DNA of 64,000 bases, from the NCBI GenBank assembly GCA_051656585.1, contig JBOGCE010000009.1, forward strand, positions 49,020 to 113,019, given 5' to 3'. The position numbers were made by a program, and so were the translations under genes. The notes under the pieces were generated by a model. The model was not told where the DNA came from, searched no databases, and worked only from the letters and a program-made list of their open reading frames with translations. This stretch comes from Sarcina sp. Its GTDB lineage: Bacteria > Bacillota > Clostridia > Clostridiales > Clostridiaceae. This document shows positions 20,543 to 30,293 of this stretch, one piece after another (position 1 is the first letter of the stretch; every line of letters starts with the position of its first letter).

Positions 20543-21499
20543 TTATTCATCAAATACAAGTTTTTTTATTAATTTTTCTTCACCTATAGTAGTGTTTGGG
20601 AATACACTTGTTGCATTAGTTATAAAAGTTACAGGAGTAGGCATAGCAGGACTAAAGTGAGTAAGTAATAATTCTTTAACATGCCCATTTTTAGCTAAAG
20701 TTGCAGCCTCTCTGAAAGTCATATGTTTGTTTTGAATAGCTTTATTTATATCAGCATCATCTCCATATGTTCCTTCACAAATAAATAAATCACTTTTATT
20801 AATAAATGATTCTATTTCTGATATATTACGAGTGTCTGTAATATAAGATAATTTAAGACCATTTCTTTTTTCACCAAGAATTAAATCTGAAGTATATACT
20901 TTTCCATCAAATTCTATAGGATTTCCTTTTTGTAATAGTCCCCATATATTTTTAGGAACATTGTTATCTAAAGCTTTTTGTAAATTGAATTTAGGTGTTC
21001 TATTTACGATAAAACTAAACCCTATACAATCAGTAGAGTGTTCAAGAACTAAAGTATCAATTTGTAATGATTCAAATAGTTGGTCATCCTGATTTAATAA
21101 TTCTAATTCTTTATCATGTATTCCAAATTTAAATGTAGAATTTTCGGTAGCTTCTATAATATTTATTTCATAAGGTAAATAGGGTGCTATAACCCTTAAA
21201 CCGTTTATAATGGCAGTTATTCCAAGAGGACCAATAATTGTAATAGGTGTTGTTCGGCCTGAATTGCCTATTGTTGCAAGAAGGCCAGGGATACCAACAG
21301 TATGATCTCCATGACCATGTGTTATACAAATAATATCTATATTTTTAAAACCCCAACCAAGTTCTCTCATAGAAACTTGAGTTCCTTCTCCACAATCTAT
21401 TAAAATTTTTCTTCCTTTAAAATTAAGTAGTGATGCTGAAAGGTATCTATTAGGAAGTGGCATACCTCCACCAACACCAAGCATAGCTAAATCAAGCAT
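20543..21499 (-). CDS. rnz: Ribonuclease Z
   Basis: LIDCGEG, THGHGDH, TDTR, CEGTY, HMTF, HFS motifs. Confidence 0.92.
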   Translation of the reverse strand: MLDLAMLGVGGGMPLPNRYLSASLLNFKGRKILIDCGEGTQVSMRELGWGFKNIDIICITHGHGDHTVGIPGLLATIGNSGRTTPITIIGPLGITAIINGLRVIAPYLPYEINIIEATENSTFKFGIHDKELELLNQDDQLFESLQIDTLVLEHSTDCIGFSFIVNRTPKFNLQKALDNNVPKNIWGLLQKGNPIEFDGKVYTSDLILGEKRNGLKLSYITDTRNISEIESFINKSDLFICEGTYGDDADINKAIQNKHMTFREAATLAKNGHVKELLLTHFSPAMPTPVTFITNATSVFPNTTIGEEKLIKKLVFDE

Positions 21500-21681
21500 T
21501 TAAACTCACCTCATTTTTTGGTTTAGCAATTTTACTAAATTTTTATATACTATATTATACTTTAAATTAATATAATTATAAATATGGGGGAATATATCAA
21601 TGGAATGATTATTAAAAATATTTGCAATTAAGGAAGGATTTTATTATAATAAACAATATTAGTAAATAAAAATTAAAGGAA

Positions 21682-22101
21682 GTGTTTTATAAAATGTCTG
21701 AACCCGGATATGGATCGAGTATCGAGATTTCAAATTTATTAGGAGGAAACAACAAAAAAATATTAAGTTATTTGGTTGGATCATCTAGTAATGAGTCAAA
21801 TATTAGAGGGAATATGATAAGTAATTTCTTGAATAAATTTAAATTATCAGCAAAAAATTTATTAGTAGCATTTACTGATGAAAGTATACTTTTTAGTGAG
21901 CTAGAAAAAGGTAATAGTCTAGATAGAAATTCTATTTTATCATATAAGCAGATAAAAAAATTTAATTATTATACAAAAAGTAGTAATTTAGAAATAATAA
22001 CAGATACAAATAATAAGTATTTTATTAAGGTATCAAGATATGATTTAGAACAGAGTGTTAAATGTTTAAGTAAGGCATTTGAACTAAAATATATAGATTA
22101 A
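21682..22101 (+). CDS. Hypothetical protein (possibly PH-like fold); the start may be ATG 21694
   Basis: 139-aa ORF; LLVAFTDESILF resembles a bacterial PH-domain strand. Confidence 0.55.
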   Translation: MFYKMSEPGYGSSIEISNLLGGNNKKILSYLVGSSSNESNIRGNMISNFLNKFKLSAKNLLVAFTDESILFSELEKGNSLDRNSILSYKQIKKFNYYTKSSNLEIITDTNNKYFIKVSRYDLEQSVKCLSKAFELKYID

Positions 22102-22236
22102 AATTAAGAAAACTATGCAAAAAAAGCTTTTTATTTAGAAAGTTTTAATGATTTTGCATAGTTTTTATTTTTTTTATAATTGTTTTAGAGAACTTACGCA
22201 ATTGTCATAATCTTTGGAAATAAAGGCTTTTAGGCA

Positions 22237-22265
22237 TTGACTATATTGTAATAACTAGATATAAT
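22237..22265 (+). promoter_or_regulatory. Near-consensus SigA promoter with no downstream CDS
   Basis: TTGACT, 17 bp, TATAAT. Confidence 0.7.
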
Positions 22266-22271
22266 GAAAGA

Positions 22272-22447
22272 GTAAACTTATCGGTTAGAAAGAGAACTAA
22301 TGAGTTTTATGAGAATATCTTATTAAATATACATTAAGAAGTAAATTTATAGGCTTGTGTATTTTGAGGATAAATTTCGTATAATAATGTTTTTTGAGAA
22401 AATTATATCAACAAAGGACTATGTGTAACCACATAGTCCTACTTTTT
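22272..22447 (+). ncRNA. Candidate small RNA (about 175 nt)
   Basis: Lies between that promoter and a + strand terminator; two predicted internal hairpins; no RBS-supported ORF. Confidence 0.4.
22416..22447 (+). terminator. Intrinsic terminator (better T-run on + strand; may also serve the CYTH gene)
   Basis: aggactatgtg-taac-cacatagtcct followed by acttttt. Confidence 0.75.
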
Positions 22448-22450
22448 ATA

Positions 22451-23014
22451 TTATAATCCTTTTCCCTTTTTGTTAGGACTAAATCCTCTTTCTTCAAGAA
22501 TTTGATATATAGTTTTAGATGTAGTATCTTCTATTGTGTATCCAAGAAGGCTAACAATTTCATTTAGTTCATCTTCAGAAGTTGTTTCAATTTCTATATA
22601 TGGAAAAGGGCAAAAATTCTTATCGTTTATATCAATTTCAATAAGAGAGTTTTTGTATTTATAGCTTTCTCTATATTTTTTTATGGATTCTTGCAGTTCA
22701 AGACCAAGAGACTTAAAAATGTTAGCACCCATAGAACCATTTTCTATGATTGTTTCATTTTCTTCCATTACTTTAAATTTATCTTGAGATAACATTTTTT
22801 TTGTTGTCATAAAATAAATAGTTTTATTGTTTAATAAGTCTTCTACGGTTCTGATTCTAGCATAACCTTTTTTATTTAATAATTGTCTATCTGGGAAATC
22901 ATAGATATCATTAATTTGATTTTCTTTTTTTACATTTATTGCTGAAATTTTTGTACATATATTTCGTATAACATCTATATCTATATCCATAATTCTAGTT
23001 TCAAATTCTTGCAT
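22451..23014 (-). CDS. CYTH-domain protein (class IV adenylate cyclase-like)
   Basis: N-terminal EFETR (ExExK-like), YARIR, KKYRESY and PYIEIE motifs. Confidence 0.85.
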   Translation of the reverse strand: MQEFETRIMDIDIDVIRNICTKISAINVKKENQINDIYDFPDRQLLNKKGYARIRTVEDLLNNKTIYFMTTKKMLSQDKFKVMEENETIIENGSMGANIFKSLGLELQESIKKYRESYKYKNSLIEIDINDKNFCPFPYIEIETTSEDELNEIVSLLGYTIEDTTSKTIYQILEERGFSPNKKGKGL

Positions 23015-23330
23015 TCATAAAACCTCCAAATTTAAGTGATATTATTATTATAAAGCTTTATATTATATAATTCAAAATTACGAGATGACGGATAAATATT
23101 GTAGATGTAAGAGTGATAAGAAAATGGATATCTGATAATTTTACTGAGTGGAGTGATATATTGATAATATAGGCTTTGAATTTGATTTATATTATAAGAT
23201 TATATGTGCATACAAAATATTTATTTTAAGATTAAATGAATGTTAATTGTTTAATATATTTATAAATAAAACATAAAATATAAAGTGTTAAGTATTTAAA
23301 GATACTTTTAAAATCAAAGGAGGAAAAATA

Positions 23331-23990
23331 ATGAAAGATATTATAATGGAGTCATTAGACTTTAGACATGCTTGTAAAGAGTTTGATAATACTAAGCAAA
23401 TAAGTGATGAGGATTTTAATTTAATTTTAGAATCAGGAAGACTTGCACCAAGTTCAATGGGGCTTGAGCCTTGGAAGTTTATTGTTATAGATAATCAACA
23501 ATATAAAGATGAATTAGGAGCAGCATCATGGGGAGGAAGAAGACAAATTCCTTCATGCAGCAAGTTTGTTGTTATATTAACTAGAAATGGAAAATCTCTT
23601 AAGTATGATTCAAAATATATAGACCATTTATTGAGAGACGTTAAACAAGTTCCTGAAGAAATAGGTGTTCAAATTAAAACTACATTGAAAAACTTAGAAA
23701 GAGAAAGATTTGATATAGAAAACAGAGATGATCTTATATTAATGTATTCAAACACACAAAGTCATATGGCACTTATGAATATGATGTATACAGCAGCACT
23801 TTTAAAAATAGATTCATGTGCTATAGGTGGATATGATGAAAAAACTTTAGAGAATATTCTTATTAAAGAAGGAATGCTTGATAAATCTGAATTTGAGATA
23901 GGAACAACAGTTGCTTTTGGTTATAGAAAAGATGAGCCAAGAGCTAAGACAAGACAATCATTTGAAGATGTAGTAAGTGTAATTAAATAA
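23331..23990 (+). CDS. NAD(P)H-dependent nitroreductase family protein
   Basis: FRHACKEF, LAPSSMGLEPWKF, IDSCAIGG motifs. Confidence 0.92.
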   Translation: MKDIIMESLDFRHACKEFDNTKQISDEDFNLILESGRLAPSSMGLEPWKFIVIDNQQYKDELGAASWGGRRQIPSCSKFVVILTRNGKSLKYDSKYIDHLLRDVKQVPEEIGVQIKTTLKNLERERFDIENRDDLILMYSNTQSHMALMNMMYTAALLKIDSCAIGGYDEKTLENILIKEGMLDKSEFEIGTTVAFGYRKDEPRAKTRQSFEDVVSVIK

Positions 23991-24072
23991 TATAAAAGAC
24001 TTTATAAAATATTCAAATTTTTAAGATAATATTTTATAGAGAACAATAACAAAAGATGAAGGAGAATATATT

Positions 24073-24741
24073 ATGAAACTTAATAGAAAAGATGTAATAG
24101 ATATTTTTAATTTTAGATTTGCAACAAAGGAATTTAATGGAAATATAATTCCTAAGGAAGATATGGAAGTAATAGCTGATACAGCAAGATTGTCACCAAG
24201 TTCATTTGGTCTAGAGCCATGGAAGTTCTTAGTTGTAGAAAATAAGGAATTAATGAAAGAGATAGCAGAAGTTTCTTGGGGATTCCAAAGACAAGTTGAT
24301 ACAACAAGTCATATAATCATTGCATTAACAAGAGCTGGAAAGCATGTTAAATATGATGCTGAATACTTACATGATTTATGGATAAATAATAAAGGTGTAT
24401 CTGAGGAGTTTTTTGCAGGATTAAAACCAATTCTTGCTCAGTTTCAAATAGAAAATTTAGATGCTGATAATACAGATAAATTATTACTTGAATGGTCAAA
24501 AAGACAAACTTATATAGCACTTGGTAATATGATGACAGGTGCAGCTATGCTTGGTATAGATTCATGTGCTATAGAAGGATTTGATAAAGCAAAAGTTGAA
24601 GAAATATTAGTTAAGAAAGGTTTATTAGATAAAGAAAACTTTGATTTAACATATTTTGTTGCTTTTGGATATAGAGCAGAATCACCAAAAAGAGAAAAAG
24701 CTAGACTTTCAGCTGATGAAGTTATAGAATGGGTTAAATAA
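24073..24741 (+). CDS. NAD(P)H-dependent nitroreductase family protein (tandem paralog)
   Basis: FRFATKEF, LSPSSFGLEPWKF, IDSCAIEG motifs. Confidence 0.92.
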   Translation: MKLNRKDVIDIFNFRFATKEFNGNIIPKEDMEVIADTARLSPSSFGLEPWKFLVVENKELMKEIAEVSWGFQRQVDTTSHIIIALTRAGKHVKYDAEYLHDLWINNKGVSEEFFAGLKPILAQFQIENLDADNTDKLLLEWSKRQTYIALGNMMTGAAMLGIDSCAIEGFDKAKVEEILVKKGLLDKENFDLTYFVAFGYRAESPKREKARLSADEVIEWVK

Positions 24742-25012
24742 AAAAATAGATAGTAAATTATAATTGCTTTAAAAAGCTGTATTGTAAAGGAGGAGATTCT
24801 TTATAATACAGCTTTTATTTTATAAAAAATAATTATTAAAACTATATTTACTTGGTAATAATAAATTATATAATCTTATTTAGTTAAAAGAAAATTTACA
24901 AAATATACCTTTTTAAACGTTTACTTTTGGTAGTTCGATATAGTATAATTTATTTAAGGTAAAAAATGGTATTAAATAAAAGGGTATATAAATATATTGT
25001 GAGAGGTGTTTT

Positions 25013-25162
25013 ATGGAGAATTTAGTTAATAATGTAGAGTTTGTAGAATGGTTAAATGAAAGAATGAAGGTGTCTGTTGAACATCAAGATGAGGCAACAC
25101 TACAAAAGCTTTATGGTGATTATCAAAGAGAACAAGAATATGATGTAAAGCTTGGTTTCTAA
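25013..25162 (+). CDS. Small hypothetical protein (49 aa)
   Basis: GAGAGG RBS; MENLVNNVEFVEWLNERMKVSVEHQDEATLQKLYGDYQREQEYDVKLGF*; followed by a terminator; not in the ORF track. Confidence 0.65.
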   Translation: MENLVNNVEFVEWLNERMKVSVEHQDEATLQKLYGDYQREQEYDVKLGF

Positions 25163-25177
25163 AATCAATATTATATA

Positions 25178-25215
25178 AAATAAATGAGGTGCATTTGAAT
25201 GCACCTCATTTATTT
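25178..25215. terminator. Bidirectional intrinsic terminator
   Basis: aaataaatgaggtgcatt pairs with aatgcacctcatttattt. Confidence 0.8.
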
Positions 25216-26633
25216 TATTCCTCTAAAACTTTTATAGTATCTTCAACATCATTTCTTGAGCCGACAAGTACTAATATATCACCTTTATTAAGAATACTAT
25301 CTCCATTTGGAATGATTTCTGTATCATTTCTAATATAAGAAAAGATTCTACAATTCTTTTTAAATGTACAATTTTTTAGAGGTTTATTTTCAAAATCTGC
25401 ATTATTTAAAATAAGTTCTCTCACTATAATTTCATTACTAACAGGAACTTTTTGTTTATCTTCAGAAGGCATAAGTTTTTCAAAGATAATTGGGAAGATA
25501 ATACAAGATGCTATTGTTGTAATAATAAATGCTGAGTAATCAGAATTTGTTATAAATCCAAATTTAAAAGCAAGCTCGGCTGCAACTATAACTATACTAA
25601 GTTGAGCTGAAAGGATAGTAGATGATGCCATTGCTTTTTTGACACCAAATTTTTTTATCAATAATAAAGATGGAATAAGTTTTACTAAGAAGAAAATTAT
25701 TAATAATATTATAGCTTTAAAGATTACGCTAGGATTATCTAAAACCACTCGAAGGTCTACTTTTACACCTACCATTATAAAGAATATTGGAATTAAGAAT
25801 CCGTAACCAATAATATTTAATTGATGTGAAATTTCTTCTTTTGCTTTTCCTGTTAATAGCGAGAATATCATTCCAGCAAGGAAAGCTCCTAAAACAATCT
25901 CAGTATTAAGTTGCTGTGCGACAACAACTAGAATTAATATAAGTGCAAAAGCAGCTCTAACAATTAAATGTATATTTTTAAAAGATGGAACTGTAAGGTC
26001 GTGTCTTTTAAGAAATATTTTTGAGACTATATAAGCAATAGCTGCAAATAAGAATATCAATGTAAATTCAAAGCTTTTAAATGTAAGTCCATTTTCTGAA
26101 ATTGAAAAAATAACTGTAGTACCAAGTATAGATGTAAATTGACATATTATACTGAAAGTTAACAGTATTTGACCAAGTTCAGTGGTTAATAAATTTTTTG
26201 CTTTTAATATAGGCCCAACAAGTCCAGCAGCAGCAGCTAAAAATATGAAGGCGATTAAAGAATATCCTTTTGTTATTCCTATTAAATTCCGCCCAAAATA
26301 TGTAAGTCCAAGTGCCGTTAAGAATGATATTATAAGCATTAAAAGTGGTAATTTTATAATAGAACTACCGCCTTTTTTCGGTTTGAGATCATCAAAATTA
26401 ACTTCAAGACCGATTAGAAACATTAAATAGGCAAGTCCAAGATTTGATAAAAATAATATTGATACATCAGAATGAACAATATTAAGAAACGTTTTTCCTA
26501 CAATAATTCCTATTATAATTTCTCCTACTTGAAATGGTATTTTTAACCTTTTAAGTTTCGTAACTAAAAAAGGTGTGATAAATGCTATTACTGTAATTAT
26601 TAGTAATGAACTGTAGTTGAATTTATTTGGCAT
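25215..26633 (-). CDS. Cation:proton antiporter (CPA2) with C-terminal TrkA-C/RCK-C domain
   Basis: GEIIIGIIVG, LMFLIGLE, LGAFLAG, FLIPIFFIMVG; C-terminal IIPNGDSILNKGDILVLVG. Confidence 0.88.
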   Translation of the reverse strand: MPNKFNYSSLLIITVIAFITPFLVTKLKRLKIPFQVGEIIIGIIVGKTFLNIVHSDVSILFLSNLGLAYLMFLIGLEVNFDDLKPKKGGSSIIKLPLLMLIISFLTALGLTYFGRNLIGITKGYSLIAFIFLAAAAGLVGPILKAKNLLTTELGQILLTFSIICQFTSILGTTVIFSISENGLTFKSFEFTLIFLFAAIAYIVSKIFLKRHDLTVPSFKNIHLIVRAAFALILILVVVAQQLNTEIVLGAFLAGMIFSLLTGKAKEEISHQLNIIGYGFLIPIFFIMVGVKVDLRVVLDNPSVIFKAIILLIIFFLVKLIPSLLLIKKFGVKKAMASSTILSAQLSIVIVAAELAFKFGFITNSDYSAFIITTIASCIIFPIIFEKLMPSEDKQKVPVSNEIIVRELILNNADFENKPLKNCTFKKNCRIFSYIRNDTEIIPNGDSILNKGDILVLVGSRNDVEDTIKVLEE

Positions 26634-26853
26634 TAATCAACACTCCTTATTTGAATTTGTATATATAGAATATACTATTAAAACCATATTTTATCAATTT
26701 CATAAATTTGAGAGATTTCTAGTAATTTTAATAAATAATCGAGTTATTTGTTGATAATAGTTTATTTGAAAGAATAAATGAAAGTTATTAAGCTAAAATA
26801 AACTTAATTTATAATTTGAAAATTACAAATTTCTTAAATTTTGGAATAAATGG

Positions 26854-26913
26854 TTGAAAATGTTTGATTACAAATGTAAACTTTAAACATAAATAAAGAT
26901 TACAGTTGTAATC
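26854..26913 (+). promoter_or_regulatory. Promoter of the blaI-like gene with two BlaI/MecI-type operators
   Basis: TTGAAA-17-TAAACT (26854-26882); palindromes TTACA-AA-TGTAA (26868-26879) and GATTACA-GT-TGTAATC (26898-26913). Confidence 0.8.
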
Positions 26914-26922
26914 AAAGGAGGG

Positions 26923-27309
26923 GTGATTATTAATAAGTTGCCAAAAATTTCGGATGCGGAATGGGAAGTATTAAATATAATATGGAACAATCCCAAAATT
27001 TCAGCCGCTAATATTGAAATAATTCTTGGAAAAAAAGAGATTTGGAAGTTTAGTACTATAAAAACTTTGATTAATAGGCTTTTAAAAAAAGAGGTTATTT
27101 CTTATGAAAAAGCAGGCAAAGAATATTTATATTATGCAGTAATTGAAAAGGATAAGTGCATAGTGGAAGAAAGTAAAACTTTTATTGATAAGGTATTTGG
27201 AGGATCTATAAATTCTATGTTATTGAATTTTGTGAAATCTGAAAAATTAACGAATGAAGAAATTAAAGATTTGAGAGATTTGCTAGATAAAGAGTTAGAG
27301 GAGAGATAA
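26923..27309 (+). CDS. BlaI/MecI/CopY family transcriptional repressor
   Basis: ISDAEWEVLNIIW, TIKTLINRLLKK, FIDKVFGGS, LTNEEIKDLRDLL motifs. Confidence 0.93.
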   Translation: MIINKLPKISDAEWEVLNIIWNNPKISAANIEIILGKKEIWKFSTIKTLINRLLKKEVISYEKAGKEYLYYAVIEKDKCIVEESKTFIDKVFGGSINSMLLNFVKSEKLTNEEIKDLRDLLDKELEER

Positions 27310-27328
27310 ATATTTAGGAGGCAAAATT

Positions 27329-28696
27329 ATGATTTTTAATTTTGTTTTAGAGTCAACGGTAATAGGAAGTCTAATATTTCTTCTTATTAGTATTTTACAG
27401 AAAATTTTGAAGGATAAAATCACACCAGTTTTTTTCTATTATTTATGGTCAGTAATTTTTGTGAAATTTTTAATTCCATTAGATATAAAGAGTAATTTTA
27501 GTATAGAAAAAATAATAAAAGGATGGAATTTTCAAGAACAAGTAACTGTAGAAGCTATACCAATTATTATTAATAATGCTACTATTATGGAGCAAAATAT
27601 TTTTAGAAATAATATTTCTTGGAATAAAATTTGGTTAATAGGAGTTTGTATTGTTGCCTGTTGTTATCTAATAAAATATTTGTTTTTGCAGAAAGAAATT
27701 AGTAGATGTAAAAAAGTTAATGAGAGAAATATTCTAGAAATTTTAACAAGACTTAAGGGCGAGTTGTCTATAAGTAGAAATATAGAATTACTTGAATCTA
27801 ATTTTATTAGTTCACCAGCAATTACTGGGTTTTGGAAACCAAAAATTTTGCTACCAAAAGATTTTTATAAAAAGACTTCTAGAGGTAGTCTAGAGTTAGT
27901 TTTCACACATGAATTAATGCATTTAAAATATGGAGATATAATAATAAATTTATTTTTAGAGGTTATAAAAATTCTTTATTTTTTTAATCCATTGATATAT
28001 ATAATCGCTAAAAAAATTAGAAGTGATTGTGAAGTTGCTTGTGATTATAGAGTTTTGAAATATATAGGAAAAGATTATTGCAAAAGCTATGGAAATGTCC
28101 TAATAAAATTAGCAAGTGATACAAAAATTAATTCAAAATTTGAGTTTGGGTTTAATGCTATGGAGAATAAAAGGGAATTAGAAAGGAGAATAATTATGAT
28201 AGGTAAAAATACTAAATTTGGTAAAAAACAAGTTATTGCAGGAATAAGTACTTTAATTTTAGTTGGGGCTGTAGGACTTACTACGTATGCTGATGATAAA
28301 GACACTAAAAAAACAAATGGAAATAAGGGTGAGATAGAGGTGTTAACAGGGGATAATGGAAGTACTGATTTGAATAATGAAAAGTTAGTGGATAAGTCGG
28401 CTATTGTTAAAATTGACAATCAAACGGGAAAAGTACTGGCAGTTGATTCAATAACTAATAAAAGTAATAAGGGAACATTAAATCTCGAAAGTGGAGTTAC
28501 AATAATAACAGATGAAAATTCTTCTAATATGTCTATCGAGGATGTTAAAAGACAATTAGAAGTTATGCTGAAAGAATCAGGAAGAGAAGGAAAGATTGAA
28601 AATTTAGTTAAGAATAAGAATAACTTTACGTATGATATTATAAAAAATGATGGGACTGTAATTAAAGAAGAAGTTGCTATTATAAGTCTAAATTAA
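27329..28696 (+). CDS. BlaR1/MecR1-type M56 metallopeptidase sensor-transducer with non-penicillin-binding C-terminal domain
   Basis: SSPAITG, HELMH (HExxH), EVACD, LERRII, then a TM segment and about 145 aa with no SxxK PBP domain. Confidence 0.88.
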   Translation: MIFNFVLESTVIGSLIFLLISILQKILKDKITPVFFYYLWSVIFVKFLIPLDIKSNFSIEKIIKGWNFQEQVTVEAIPIIINNATIMEQNIFRNNISWNKIWLIGVCIVACCYLIKYLFLQKEISRCKKVNERNILEILTRLKGELSISRNIELLESNFISSPAITGFWKPKILLPKDFYKKTSRGSLELVFTHELMHLKYGDIIINLFLEVIKILYFFNPLIYIIAKKIRSDCEVACDYRVLKYIGKDYCKSYGNVLIKLASDTKINSKFEFGFNAMENKRELERRIIMIGKNTKFGKKQVIAGISTLILVGAVGLTTYADDKDTKKTNGNKGEIEVLTGDNGSTDLNNEKLVDKSAIVKIDNQTGKVLAVDSITNKSNKGTLNLESGVTIITDENSSNMSIEDVKRQLEVMLKESGREGKIENLVKNKNNFTYDIIKNDGTVIKEEVAIISLN

Positions 28697-28816
28697 ATTG
28701 AGGAGCTTCTTGAAGTTCTAGTTTTTTTAGGGGATGTAATGAGTAAGTTCATATAGTAAAAAATAAAAATATAGATAAAAAGCTACAAAGTTAAAAATAA
28801 GCTTTGTAGCTTTTGA

Positions 28817-29386
28817 CTATGATAATTTCTTTAAGAAAAATTTAGCGATTTTAGATTTACCTTCTAGACTATCTTCAAAAGCTTTTTTTGATAGTTCTAC
28901 AGTTTCTTTTGCAAAATTATCAAAGAAAGCAGGACGCTCTAATATAGCATCTTCCATCTTTATATTATGTTTTTCAAGTTCTGCAGTAAGTCTGTCATAT
29001 GTATCAATTAGAAGATTCATTCTATCAGTTGTTACAACAAAAGCACTAGGACACATTCTTTGTATTGTTTTTTCATAAGTATTTGAATGATTCATAACAA
29101 TATATGCACCGTTGACAAGATATACTCTCATAGATTTAATCATACCAGTGTTGTATACATACATATGAGAAATAAAGTTTTTGGGAACATAAGTATTGTT
29201 TATGAAGAACCAATTTTTTGATTCATAGAATGAAAGCATTCCTATAGAAACTTTTCTAAAGTCTTCTTCATCAATCATTTGAGAAACAAGTTTTTGTTTC
29301 AACCCAAGTGTGTCAGTTATTGATGTAGCTTCGAGTTTGTTAGTCAAACTAAAAGAACCTTTAGCGTCTGGTTGTTTTATAATCAT
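28817..29386 (-). CDS. Hypothetical protein
   Basis: 189-aa ORF with AAGGA RBS; no recognised motif. Confidence 0.7.
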   Translation of the reverse strand: MIIKQPDAKGSFSLTNKLEATSITDTLGLKQKLVSQMIDEEDFRKVSIGMLSFYESKNWFFINNTYVPKNFISHMYVYNTGMIKSMRVYLVNGAYIVMNHSNTYEKTIQRMCPSAFVVTTDRMNLLIDTYDRLTAELEKHNIKMEDAILERPAFFDNFAKETVELSKKAFEDSLEGKSKIAKFFLKKLS

Positions 29387-29527
29387 GTTATCATATCCTT
29401 TCTTCTGTAGTTAAATTTGTCTATCAATAGATAGCGCTTATAATATTATAGCATTTTAGATAGCAAATAAAAAAACAAAAAGATTATTATATATAAGTAT
29501 TATTGACAAAATTAAATTATATTCTTA

Positions 29528-29830
29528 TTAAAAGTGAAAAAATTTTTCAGTATGAACTTTATGTTTTACATGAGTAAATTTATTTGATTTTCTTTCACTA
29601 AATCTTTCAAGATTTTCTTTTATATCTCTAAGTGTTTCAAGATTTTTATTAGCATTAAAAGCATTATATTCTAATGAAGTTTCTATTGCTATTCTACTGT
29701 TACTTCTTTGAAGTAAGTTGTTTGTTAATTTTAGTCCAGCAGAACTAATTGTCAAAGTTAATATAGATATTAGAATTAGTTTTACAATTTTACGCATTCT
29801 AATATTTGATTTTAGGTACGATAAATTCAT
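29528..29830 (-). CDS. Small hypothetical protein with N-terminal hydrophobic segment
   Basis: AAGGAGG RBS; IVKLILISILTLTISSAGL. Confidence 0.65.
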   Translation of the reverse strand: MNLSYLKSNIRMRKIVKLILISILTLTISSAGLKLTNNLLQRSNSRIAIETSLEYNAFNANKNLETLRDIKENLERFSERKSNKFTHVKHKVHTEKFFHF

Positions 29831-30293
29831 ATGGACCTCCTTAAATTATGTAATGCTTAATTAAAAGTTTAAATAAAACTTGTTTTAAGTGAGTTTAAGT
29901 TTACTAAATGGATATGAGATTTGAATGTGTGAAAAATGAAAACTACATGAAAGGTATGTGAGTATAAAATATATTTTTAAAAATAATATATAGAATACTC
30001 TATTTAAAGTATGAAAATGTTTAAATTTTAAGTGTGCTTTACTAAATAGGTGATATTTTTGATAAAATAAGCTTAAATAGTCCTTAAAATTTAGAAATAG
30101 TCTAGAAAGTATTTAAATATAAAAATTATGTATAAAACGTGTACATGGCAATTTATTGAATTTAGTAGTAAGATTTAACCATAAAAGTTTTATATGAATT
30201 GTAAGGAGTTTTATAATTTACATAAAAAATATGGATAAACAATTTTTGATATTAAAAAGTTGTTTTAGAGAAATATTGGAAGGAGTTTTTGTA

